The position numbers and the translations under genes are program-made. From the NCBI RefSeq assembly GCF_016894345.1, contig NZ_CP069798.1:865385-889384 (forward strand): 24,000 nucleotides of DNA. Direction: 5' to 3'. Of the stretch, positions 8,190-15,824 are shown piece by piece. The stretch's first letter is position 1; each line of letters opens with the position of its first letter. Under the pieces are notes generated by a model, which was not told where the DNA came from, ran no database searches, and worked only from the letters and a program-made list of their open reading frames with translations. The stretch is from Paralysiella testudinis (GTDB lineage: Bacteria; Pseudomonadota; Gammaproteobacteria; Burkholderiales; Neisseriaceae).

Positions 8190-8231
8190 AAACCCCGCCT
8201 TGCCCTTAATGATGGGCAAGGCGGGGTTTTT
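8189..8231 (+). terminator. strong rho-independent (bidirectional-looking) terminator
   Basis: AAAACCCCGCCTTGCCC-TTAATGAT-GGGCAAGGCGGGGTTTT followed by T. It has a 17-bp stem with an A-run before and a T-run after. Confidence 0.85.
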
Positions 8232-8245
8232 ACTGGGTGGTTGGT

Positions 8246-8257
8246 TTCAGGCAGCCT
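8246..8257 (-). repeat. single DUS
   Basis: Exact TTCAGGCAGCCT, 15 nt after the terminator. Confidence 0.9.
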
Positions 8258-8370
8258 GAGACTTTTGCCAAACCCACCCATGTCGCACCCGCAAAGATGG
8301 GTTCCAGTGCAAAACATGATTTTGCTTGTTGATGCTATCAGACTAGGTGGGTGGTATTCGCAACGTATGC

Positions 8371-8934
8371 TTACACTGCCTCTGCCTGCACAACATAGCG
8401 CAAGGGGCCGCCCGGGGTGAGGGCGTCGAAGGGGTAGCAGGTAATCAGGGTGAGGCGGTGGGCGTGGGGGTCGAAATAAAAATCGCTGTGGCGGCTGTCG
8501 ACCACGCGGGTTTGGCTGATGCGGTAGCGTTGTTGTTGGCCGTGGCGGTTTTCGATGTCGATTTCGTCACCGGGGCGCAGCTGTTGCAAGAAGGCGAAAT
8601 GGCTGTCACGGTGGCCGGCCAGCAGGCTGTGGCCGCTGCCGCCGGGCAAATCACCCTGCGGCAACATGCCGGCACCAAAGGCCAGCGCTTCGCCGGAGGC
8701 GTCTTGCATGATGTATTGGTTGAGGTGCAGGCGCGGCACGCTGAGTTTGGCCACCGGATGGATATCGGCCCACGGCCACGGTTTGGCGCCAGCGTCGCCG
8801 TGTTGGTTTTGCTGCCAGCTGTGCGCAATCAGCACTTGCGCCAGCTGCGCTTTGGCCTGCATATAAAAACCTTGTCCCAGCAGCAGTGCGCCGCTGAGCA
8901 GCAATAGGGCGGTGATGATGTGGCGGCGTTGCAT
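8371..8934 (-). CDS. class GN (proteobacterial, 'marine-type') sortase
   Basis: 187 aa. It has an N-terminal membrane anchor (ITALLLLSGALLLGQGF), a catalytic His context LLAGHRDSHF, a Cys context LTLITCYPF and an Arg context PLRYVV. An AAGGAAA RBS is present. It lies directly downstream of a VIT-vWA protein that carries a sorting signal. Confidence 0.8.
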   Translation of the reverse strand: MQRRHIITALLLLSGALLLGQGFYMQAKAQLAQVLIAHSWQQNQHGDAGAKPWPWADIHPVAKLSVPRLHLNQYIMQDASGEALAFGAGMLPQGDLPGGSGHSLLAGHRDSHFAFLQQLRPGDEIDIENRHGQQQRYRISQTRVVDSRHSDFYFDPHAHRLTLITCYPFDALTPGGPLRYVVQAEAV

Positions 8935-8961
8935 GGTGTTTTCCTTGGGTGAATAGGCGCT

Positions 8962-9012
8962 AAGGCTGCCTGAAAGCCATCTGCAAACGATGATGGATTT
9001 TCAGGCAGCCTT
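8962..9012. repeat. inverted DUS pair forming a 14-bp-stem hairpin between substrate and sortase genes
   Basis: AAGGCTGCCTGAAA (8962-8975) and TTTCAGGCAGCCTT (8999-9012), with an inner CCATC/GATGG stem. No T-run follows on the - strand, so read-through is likely. Confidence 0.8.
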
Positions 9013-9018
9013 GTTGTT

Positions 9019-11070
9019 TTAAGCCGTCGGTTTGGCCAAGTGTTGCTGCCATTGCCACCATAAGGCGGCGGTGAGCAGGAGCAGCAGCCCCAGCCATTGC
9101 AGCAAGGCGGCGGCGGTGGCGGTTTGCGGGTAGGGGGCGGCCATGGTGCTGCCTTCTGGCATCAGGTTGGCCACGGCCAAGTCTTGCGGCAATTCGGTTT
9201 GCGGCTTGCTCACCACTTCTTCCACCGCCACGAAGCTGGTGAATTCAGACAGCAGCCGGTGTGCCAATGCCAGCGGCAGGATTTGATCGCGTGCTTCGTC
9301 GCGGCCGATTAAGCCTAAATTCAGGCTGTCGCTGATGTTGTCGATTTTGCGCCGTGCCCATACGGTGGCTAGGTTGTCGCTGTTGGCGCTTTGGCTTAAA
9401 TCTAGGCTGTGTTGCCATGGGCCGGTGTTGCCGTCGGCGCTAACGCTGAATTGTTTGGGTGCTGTCTGGGATTGCGCCAGCAGCAGCAGGGGTTCGCTGG
9501 CGTAGAGATCGGGGATGTGCTGTGGATAGGCATCGGTTTGCACGCCCCAGTTTACGCGGATGTTGCGCAATTGCGGTGCTTGGATTTTGGCAAACAGGGC
9601 GGCGATTTGGGCGGCCACTTCGTTGCTGTTGCCGATATAGGTGTAGCTGCCGCGGCCGTATTGGGCGGCTTTTTGCATAAAGTAGCTGTTGGGTGCCGAG
9701 CCGATGCCCACGGTGAACAGGCGGGTGTTGCCAAGCTTGCCTTGCAGGTTTTCAAAAATTTGCCGCTCATTGCCCACGCTGCCATCGGTGATAAACACGA
9801 TTTGCGCGGTGCGTTTGCTGTTGTCGGGCTGTTGTGTTATTTGGGTGGCCAGGCTTAAAGCGGTGTCGATTTCGGTGCCGCCGTCGGCTTCCAATCCATT
9901 GATAAATTGCTGTGCGCGCTGCAGATTGGCTTCATTGGCGGCCACGGTGGCGGGAAACAGGGCGCGGGCTTCGCTGTCGAAATCAATGATGTTAAAGGTG
10001 TCGCCGGGGTTCAGGTAGCCTAGGGCTTGCAATAAACCGGCTTTGGCCTGATCCATCGATTCGCCCGCCATGGAGCCGGAGCTGTCGATCACAAACACCA
10101 GTTGGCGCGGGATGGCGGCACGGGTGGCTTGGCTGGGCGGCACCAGCATCAGCATGGTGTATTGCTGGCCGTTGAGGGTTTGGGTAAAGGCGGCGGCTTG
10201 CGGCTCGCTACCCGCTTGCGGCTGCCAGCTGAGCACAAAGTCGCTGTCCATGCGTGCGCTGCCTGCTTGCAGGCGCACATGGTGGCGGCCGTTGCTGTTG
10301 CTCACCACCAGTGCTTGCGAACCGGTCACCTTGGCCAGCGGCAGGCCGCTGTTGAGGTTGATATCGACACTATAGTTTTGGCCGGATGACGCGCGGGTTT
10401 GCGGCGGGCTGATGCGGGCGGCATCGGGCACGGCGGCGGTGTTGCTGGCCCAGCCGTTGCCCGACTGCAAAGGCACCACTTGGCCATCGTCTTGCACCAC
10501 GCTGTTGCTGGCGGCGGCACTGCCGGGCATATAGCGCGGGGTGAGGGTGGTGGGCAGGCGCAGGCTGAATTGGCCGTTATCGTAGCGCGCCAGCTCAACA
10601 TAGTGGATGTCGGCCTGCACGGTGGCGTGCGGCGGGATGTTGGCGATGCTCATGGTAAACAGATTGGGGCGTTCCTGCTCCAGCAAGGCTGCTTTTTTGC
10701 CCGCCTGTTTGGCTTGTTCGAAAATCTGTTGTGCTTGGGCGCGCTCTTTGATTTGGGCAGTAATTTTGCGCCCATTCACAATAAAAGTGAGCTCGTTTAC
10801 GGCAGCGTTTTCAGGCAGGGGGAAAACATAAGTGCCGTTTACCCAGCCAGCGCCGGGGTTGGTGAAGGTTTGGCTGATGTGCATGCCGGCCACCATGCCG
10901 TTGATGTTGCCGTTTACGGCCATATTCATCAGTAAGGCGGCGCTGGGGGCGCCAGTTTTGGCGTCGGCCAGGCGCATTTCGGGGGCGCTGCCGCCTTCGG
11001 CGGCCAATGCGCGTGCCAAGGTGAGCCAGCACAGCGCCAGCCAGAGCAGCCATTTTTGCAGGGTTTTCAT
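9019..11070 (-). CDS. secreted VIT plus von Willebrand factor A protein with C-terminal sortase sorting signal (dedicated class-GN sortase substrate)
   Basis: I place the start at ATG 11070 (MKTLQKWLLWLALCWLTLARALAAEG, a signal peptide); the track start at 11172 is an extension. The VIT-like region is GTYVFPLPENAAVNELTFIVNGRKI. The vWA MIDAS motif is VFVIDSSGSMAG. The C-terminus is ...PYPQTATAAALLQWLGLLLLLTAALWWQWQQHLAKPTA, i.e. motif, hydrophobic helix, then a short tail. Confidence 0.85.
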   Translation of the reverse strand: MKTLQKWLLWLALCWLTLARALAAEGGSAPEMRLADAKTGAPSAALLMNMAVNGNINGMVAGMHISQTFTNPGAGWVNGTYVFPLPENAAVNELTFIVNGRKITAQIKERAQAQQIFEQAKQAGKKAALLEQERPNLFTMSIANIPPHATVQADIHYVELARYDNGQFSLRLPTTLTPRYMPGSAAASNSVVQDDGQVVPLQSGNGWASNTAAVPDAARISPPQTRASSGQNYSVDINLNSGLPLAKVTGSQALVVSNSNGRHHVRLQAGSARMDSDFVLSWQPQAGSEPQAAAFTQTLNGQQYTMLMLVPPSQATRAAIPRQLVFVIDSSGSMAGESMDQAKAGLLQALGYLNPGDTFNIIDFDSEARALFPATVAANEANLQRAQQFINGLEADGGTEIDTALSLATQITQQPDNSKRTAQIVFITDGSVGNERQIFENLQGKLGNTRLFTVGIGSAPNSYFMQKAAQYGRGSYTYIGNSNEVAAQIAALFAKIQAPQLRNIRVNWGVQTDAYPQHIPDLYASEPLLLLAQSQTAPKQFSVSADGNTGPWQHSLDLSQSANSDNLATVWARRKIDNISDSLNLGLIGRDEARDQILPLALAHRLLSEFTSFVAVEEVVSKPQTELPQDLAVANLMPEGSTMAAPYPQTATAAALLQWLGLLLLLTAALWWQWQQHLAKPTA

Positions 11071-11167
11071 GGGAGAGCCTTTTGTGGGCGGGTGGATAAT
11101 GAACACCAGTGTGCGCTGCGGCGATGAAGTCTGCGGGAAGAGTCGATGAATTTTGTGTGGGCAATTC

Positions 11168-11183
11168 TTCACACAAACACCAC
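11168..11183 (+). promoter_or_regulatory. cre-tag-like direct repeat TTCAC-N6-ACCAC (candidate CreB site)
   Basis: TTCACACAAACACCAC lies in the 167-bp divergent region between the sortase-substrate gene and creD. The E. coli CreB tag is TTCACnnnnnnTTCAC, so 8 of 10 defined positions match. It overlaps an 8-bp inverted repeat: TTTGTGTG (11152-11159) and CACACAAA (11170-11177). Confidence 0.3.
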
Positions 11184-11237
11184 TATTACTTTGCAGGGGT
11201 TTGCGATGATAAATCGGTCTTTATCAGGAGGTTTATC

Positions 11238-12668
11238 ATGCAGAGAATGTCGATCAAGCTGGCGGGCATTGCCGCTTTGTGTTTGTTGTTTTGGCTGTGT
11301 TTGGGGGCGGTGCGGGGTGTTTTGTTTGAGCGCCAAGCTTATGCCGAGCAGGTGGTGGCCGATATTGGCCGCGAATATGTGGCCGAGCAAACCATTATGG
11401 CGCCGTTTGTGCAGGTGCCGGTGATGTCGGTGTGTGCTGCGGATGCGGCACCCGCTGCCGCCAAACCGACGCCTACCCCTACGCCGGCAGCCGCCAGTGG
11501 CTGGGTGGGCAAGGCTGCCTGTAAGCCTACATTGGTGCGCATGGCGGTGTTGTTGCCGCAAGCGGCCACTTGGCAGCAGCAATGGCAGGTGCGTGATGGC
11601 CAGTTTCAGCGCGGTATTTATGCCACCAAGAGTTTTAACGGCACGGTGGCGGTTTCAGGCAGCCTAGATGCGCGCCAGCTGGTGTTGGCCAATAATGAAA
11701 GTGCCGACTGGGCGCAAGCACAGTGGCGGATGGCGGTATCCGACCGGCGCGGGCTGGCGGCCATGCCGGTGCTCAAAACAGGCAGCCAAGCGCAAACTTT
11801 TGTGGCTCAAGCCGGTTTGCCGGTTGAAGGCGGTATCCGCTGGCTGCAAGCCCCGGCGCAGATTCGCACCGATGCGGCACAGCCGTTTGCGATTGATTTT
11901 GAATTGGCGGGCACCCAGTCGGTGCGGGTATTGCCGCTGGGGGAAGACACGGTGCTGAATATGCAGGCCGACTGGCCGCATCCCGGCTTTTTCGGCACCA
12001 ATCTGCCCTTGGAGAAAAGCATCAACGCCCAAGGCTTTAGCGCCCGCTGGCACAACCCGGCGGCGGGGCAAGACAATGCCAACATGCTGCAAGGCTGCCT
12101 GAATGCAGGCACAGAGCAAGTGGGATGTTGGAATTGGGATAGTGGCTGGCAGCAGATGGGCGTGCGCTTTGTTGACACCACCGACAACTACAGCCTCACC
12201 GAGCGCAGCCTGAAATACGGCATGCTGTTTATTGTGCTCACCTTTGGCACCTTCTTTTTGTATGAAGTGCTGCGCGACTTGCGCATCCATCCGGTGCAGT
12301 ATGTGTTGGTGGGCGCGGCGCTCACGGTGTTTTACCTGTTGCTGCTGTCGTTTGGCGAGCAGGTGGGCTTTGATTATGCCTATGCGGGCGCGGCGGCAGC
12401 CTGTATCGGATTGATTGGCTGGTATTTGCATTATGTGCTGGCCGGTTGGCGCCATGCTTTGGCGTGCAGCGGCTTGCTGGCGCTGCTGTATGCCTTGTTG
12501 TACTGGCTGCTGCACACCGATGAAAACACCTTGTTGATTGGCTCGCTGCTGATGTTTGCGCTGATTGCATTGGCGATGTTCCTCACCCGCCGTGTGGATT
12601 GGTATGCCTTGCCGTCTAAAGCGGTGCGCAGGCTGCCTGAAAAATCCGGTGATGATGGCGATTTATGA
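11238..12668 (+). CDS. creD: cell-envelope integrity inner-membrane protein CreD
   Basis: Starts at ATG 11238, preceded by a consensus AGGAGG RBS; the track start at 11109 is an extension. CreD signatures are present: ADWPHPGFFGTNLP, YSLTERSLKYGMLFIVLTFGTFFLYEVL...HPVQYVLVGAALTVFYLLLLSFGE. Confidence 0.85.
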   Translation: MQRMSIKLAGIAALCLLFWLCLGAVRGVLFERQAYAEQVVADIGREYVAEQTIMAPFVQVPVMSVCAADAAPAAAKPTPTPTPAAASGWVGKAACKPTLVRMAVLLPQAATWQQQWQVRDGQFQRGIYATKSFNGTVAVSGSLDARQLVLANNESADWAQAQWRMAVSDRRGLAAMPVLKTGSQAQTFVAQAGLPVEGGIRWLQAPAQIRTDAAQPFAIDFELAGTQSVRVLPLGEDTVLNMQADWPHPGFFGTNLPLEKSINAQGFSARWHNPAAGQDNANMLQGCLNAGTEQVGCWNWDSGWQQMGVRFVDTTDNYSLTERSLKYGMLFIVLTFGTFFLYEVLRDLRIHPVQYVLVGAALTVFYLLLLSFGEQVGFDYAYAGAAAACIGLIGWYLHYVLAGWRHALACSGLLALLYALLYWLLHTDENTLLIGSLLMFALIALAMFLTRRVDWYALPSKAVRRLPEKSGDDGDL

Positions 12669-14126
12669 TGATTGCTTGGGTGGCGTTGCCGGAAATATCA
12701 GCTCCGCCACCACGCCATCGGCATGGTTAGCCACCGCCACGCTGCCGCCGTGCAGCGCCATGATTTGCGCCACAAAGCTCAGCCCCAGGCCGCTGCTGCG
12801 GCCGCTGCCATCGGGGCGCGGCAGAGAGAAAAAATGCTCAAACAGGCGCGGCAGGGCGTAGTCGGGAATGGGTGCGCCATTGTTGATGATGCGCAGGCGC
12901 ACGGCGGTTTGGTCGCTACTCAGGTTCAGGCGGATGTCGCCGCCTTGGGGGCAAAAAGCCAGCGCATTGGCCAGCAGATTGTCGATGGCTTGGCTAATCA
13001 ACAAGGTATCGCCGTATACGGTGGTGTCCACCAACGGCAGGCCGTGGATGGCAATTTGTTTGGTCGCCAAGGTCGGTGCGCAGGCGGCCAGTGCCGCCGC
13101 CGCTTGCTGATCCAGCCGCACGGCCGTGCTTTGGGCAAGGCCGCTGCGGTTTTCCAATTTGGCCAGTGACAAAATGCGTGCCACCAAGTCTTGCATGCGG
13201 CGGTTGGCGGCCAGTATGCGCCCCACCAGCTGCTGCTGCTCATGGGGGCTGAGGTCGTCTTCTTGCAAAAATTCACCAGCTGCCTGAATGCCGGTGATGG
13301 GGGTTTTCAGCTCGTGGGTGAGGCCGTGGATGTATTCTTCCACATGCTGTTTGCCGTCCAGCTCTAGGCGCAGGTGTTCAATTGCCTGTGCCAAGCGGGC
13401 GAAATGCGGCTCGTGAAAGCGTGGCTGCGGCGCGACACGGTTGGCAGCCATGGCTTCGGCATAGGTGGAAAGCCGCCCCAGCGCGTGGGTTAGCCACCAG
13501 CTCATCAGCACGATAATCACCAGCGCCAGCAACATGCCGCTGAACACGAAATAGCGCAATTCGGCGGCGCCGGAGAGGCTGAACACATCGAATTGCTGCA
13601 TTGGCTGGGTGACTGCCAGCACACCGGCAATTTGCCCCTGATACAGAATCGGCGCGGCCACCACCATGTGTTTGGGATCGTTGGGCTGGGTGTGCTCGGC
13701 GCTGATAAAGCTGCTGCGCGCGCCGTATTCGCCCTTGAGTGTGCGCGATACGTCTTGCCAGTGGGAATAATCTTGGCCGGTGTGCTGCCCCAGCGAGTCG
13801 TATTGCACAATGCCGTGCGCATCGGTGACGTACACTTGCAAATCCAATTGCTGTTTTTGAAATTGGTAGATTTGCGCATTAAAACGTTTGTTTTGGGCTG
13901 CCTGAAAGCGGTTGGCAAAGCGGGCGGTGTCTAAACGGCCGTCGCTGTCGATTTCGCTTTCCAGCCCGGTGGCCAGCAATTGCGCCATGTCCACCAGCGT
14001 GGTTTCGGCCGATTGGCGCATGCTCACCTTGATGTGATCCAGCGCTTGGTTAACAAACAGCCACGACAACACCAACAGCAGCGCCAGAAACACCGCCATA
14101 AAGCGCAGGCCGAAACTGATTTTCAT
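12663..14126 (-). CDS. creC: sensor histidine kinase CreC
   Basis: 487 aa. The periplasmic segment QVYVTDAHGIVQYDS...GQDYSHWQDVSRTLKGEYGARSS closely parallels E. coli CreC (HVYMTDAQGKVLFDS...GQDYSRWNDVWLTLRGQYGARST). H-box HELKTPITGI and ATPase boxes are present. Confidence 0.85.
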   Translation of the reverse strand: MKISFGLRFMAVFLALLLVLSWLFVNQALDHIKVSMRQSAETTLVDMAQLLATGLESEIDSDGRLDTARFANRFQAAQNKRFNAQIYQFQKQQLDLQVYVTDAHGIVQYDSLGQHTGQDYSHWQDVSRTLKGEYGARSSFISAEHTQPNDPKHMVVAAPILYQGQIAGVLAVTQPMQQFDVFSLSGAAELRYFVFSGMLLALVIIVLMSWWLTHALGRLSTYAEAMAANRVAPQPRFHEPHFARLAQAIEHLRLELDGKQHVEEYIHGLTHELKTPITGIQAAGEFLQEDDLSPHEQQQLVGRILAANRRMQDLVARILSLAKLENRSGLAQSTAVRLDQQAAAALAACAPTLATKQIAIHGLPLVDTTVYGDTLLISQAIDNLLANALAFCPQGGDIRLNLSSDQTAVRLRIINNGAPIPDYALPRLFEHFFSLPRPDGSGRSSGLGLSFVAQIMALHGGSVAVANHADGVVAELIFPATPPKQSS

Positions 14127-14219
14127 ATGTGGGCTTTCGATTGAAGTTAGGGCTGCCTGAAAACGATAGGGTACATTGGCGCACGCTTCATTGCCGATAC
14201 TTGCTGTTTGATTTTTGAA

Positions 14220-14921
14220 TTAGGGCTCAAAGCTGTAACCCAAGGCACGGTGGGTCACGATGGGCTCGGCGTTGGGGGCGATTTGCTTGATTTTTAAGCG
14301 CAGCGATTTGATGTGGGTGTCGATGCTGCGCTCGTCGGAAGGGTGGTGGTCGGAAAAAGCGGCTGCCATCAGCTGGCGGCGGCTGAACACGCGATGCGGT
14401 TGCGCCATCAGGTGTTGCAGCAGGCGCGATTCGGCCAGAGTGAGCGGCAGCGGCTGGCCGCAGTAGCAAATTTGTAGCCGTTCGGCGTCGAATATAAAGC
14501 CGTTGTTGTCGGCGGCGGGTGTGCTATCCGGCGGGCTTTCAGGCAGCCTGCGTGTGCGTTTGAGCACGGTTTTCACCCGTGCCACCAGCTCGCGCGGGCT
14601 GAAAGGCTTGCCGATGTAATCATCGGCACCCAGCTCAAGGCCGAGGATGCGGTCGATTTCTTCGTTTTGGGCGGTGAGCATCAGCACCGGCAAATCGCGG
14701 TGTTTGCGGATGGCTTTGAGTACCTCGAAGCCATCCATATCCGGCAGACCCACATCCAGAATCACCGCATCGGCACCGTGTTGCAGCAAGGCCAAGCCGG
14801 CTTGGCCGTTGGCGGCGTGGCTGCTGCGCATCCCGGCGCGACTGAGCGCAAACGCCACCATCTGGGCGATGTCGGTTTCGTCTTCAATCAGCACAATGTG
14901 CGCGTCGGCGTGGTCATTCAT
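14220..14921 (-). CDS. creB: OmpR-family response regulator CreB
   Basis: Starts at ATG 14921 (MNDHADAHIVLIEDE); the track start at 15074 runs into the upstream gene. The receiver has DVGLPDMDGFE and a winged-helix C-terminus (SIDTHIKSLRLKI...THRALGYSF). It is paired with creC. Confidence 0.8.
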   Translation of the reverse strand: MNDHADAHIVLIEDETDIAQMVAFALSRAGMRSSHAANGQAGLALLQHGADAVILDVGLPDMDGFEVLKAIRKHRDLPVLMLTAQNEEIDRILGLELGADDYIGKPFSPRELVARVKTVLKRTRRLPESPPDSTPAADNNGFIFDAERLQICYCGQPLPLTLAESRLLQHLMAQPHRVFSRRQLMAAAFSDHHPSDERSIDTHIKSLRLKIKQIAPNAEPIVTHRALGYSFEP

Positions 14922-14929
14922 GATGTGTT

Positions 14930-15673
14930 TTATTGCCAATAGTCTTGCAACCACGGTGCGGGCAGTACTTTGCGGTACCACTTGCCGCCGCCGCCGGCAA
15001 TGGCGTCGGGCGGGTTGATTTCGCCGTGGAAGACGATGATTTTGCCGTGGCTGGGCTTGGCTGGTGGCTGCCATAGGGAGAACGGCAGTTTTTTGAGGAT
15101 GTGGTATTTATAGCTGAGGCACCAGTCGGCAGGCCAATAGCTTAGCTGGTGGTGTTCGCGTACATACCACGATAAAAACGCCTGTTCGTGGCGAAAGCGC
15201 TGGCGGATGTCGTTGAAGTTTTGGCGGAAGTAGTCGAGCAGGCCGGGGATGGCGCCGATGTCAAAACGGTAGACCGAGCTGTTGCCCACCATGCGCCACG
15301 GTTTTTTCCAATCGCGGATGATCCATACTTCGTCGGCGCGGCTGGCAGGCTGGGTGAAGAAAGCGTCGATATTGTTGATAATCACAATATCAATGTCCAA
15401 AAACAGGGCGGTGCCGCTTAAGCCGTATAAATCGGGGCTAAAGGTGGTGAGTTTTTTCCAGCCGCGCTCGGGCAGGCCGGCGGGCAAGCCCAAATCGGGA
15501 ATGGGGTGGCATTGCACGGCGGGGTTGATGCCGTGGGGGTCGTCGGTAAGGCAGATAAAGGTAAACGGCAGGGTGAGGTGCTGTTTCACCATATTGTAGA
15601 GGCGGTTGACGTATTCGGGGCCGTATTTATTGCCCCATTTCATGCACAGAATGTGGTTTTGCGCTTGGCTCAT
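14930..15673 (-). CDS. uncharacterised glycosyltransferase-like protein (DxD-type DIDIV motif)
   Basis: 247-aa soluble ORF with host-like codon usage. LCMKWGNKYGPEYVNRLYNMV...ICLTDD...GWKKL...ALFLDIDIVI resembles a poorly characterised nucleotide-sugar transferase-like family. Its stop is only 8 nt before the creB ATG. I am confident it is a gene; the function is tentative. Confidence 0.6.
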   Translation of the reverse strand: MSQAQNHILCMKWGNKYGPEYVNRLYNMVKQHLTLPFTFICLTDDPHGINPAVQCHPIPDLGLPAGLPERGWKKLTTFSPDLYGLSGTALFLDIDIVIINNIDAFFTQPASRADEVWIIRDWKKPWRMVGNSSVYRFDIGAIPGLLDYFRQNFNDIRQRFRHEQAFLSWYVREHHQLSYWPADWCLSYKYHILKKLPFSLWQPPAKPSHGKIIVFHGEINPPDAIAGGGGKWYRKVLPAPWLQDYWQ

Positions 15674-15676
15674 GCA

Positions 15677-15688
15677 AGGCTGCCTGAA
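15677..15688 (+). repeat. single DUS in the 5' leader of the GT-like gene
   Basis: Exact 12-mer, 4 nt from ATG 15673. Confidence 0.9.
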
Positions 15689-15706
15689 AAGAAAATCAAT
15701 GGCGCA

Positions 15707-15715
15707 AGTATAGCA
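15707..15715 (-). promoter_or_regulatory. candidate extended -10 promoter (TGCTATACT) for the GT-like-creB-creC transcript
   Basis: The reverse complement of AGTATAGCA reads TGcTATACT. No convincing -35 is present. It lies about 35 nt upstream of ATG 15673. Confidence 0.25.
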
Positions 15716-15772
15716 TTGCTGAGCGGTTTGCGGCGGGTGTGGGGGTGTTGTAACGATATGGGCAGATGCAAT

Positions 15773-15824
15773 AAGGCTGCCTGAAATCTTTTCGCTTCGC
15801 AGAAACTGCGTTTCAGGCAGCCTT
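15773..15824. repeat. inverted DUS pair (14-bp arms, 24-nt spacer) downstream of fabG
   Basis: AAGGCTGCCTGAAA (15773-15786) and TTTCAGGCAGCCTT (15811-15824). The spacer contains a small CGCAG-AAA-CTGCG hairpin. Confidence 0.8.

Noticed and set aside
12611-12620. GCCGTCTAAA, one mismatch from the meningococcal/gonococcal DUS core GCCGTCTGAA. A GCCGTCT heptamer also occurs at 23889-23895.
   Set aside because: These are isolated one-off near matches and are not over-represented. The functional dialect here is clearly AGGCTGCCTGAA.
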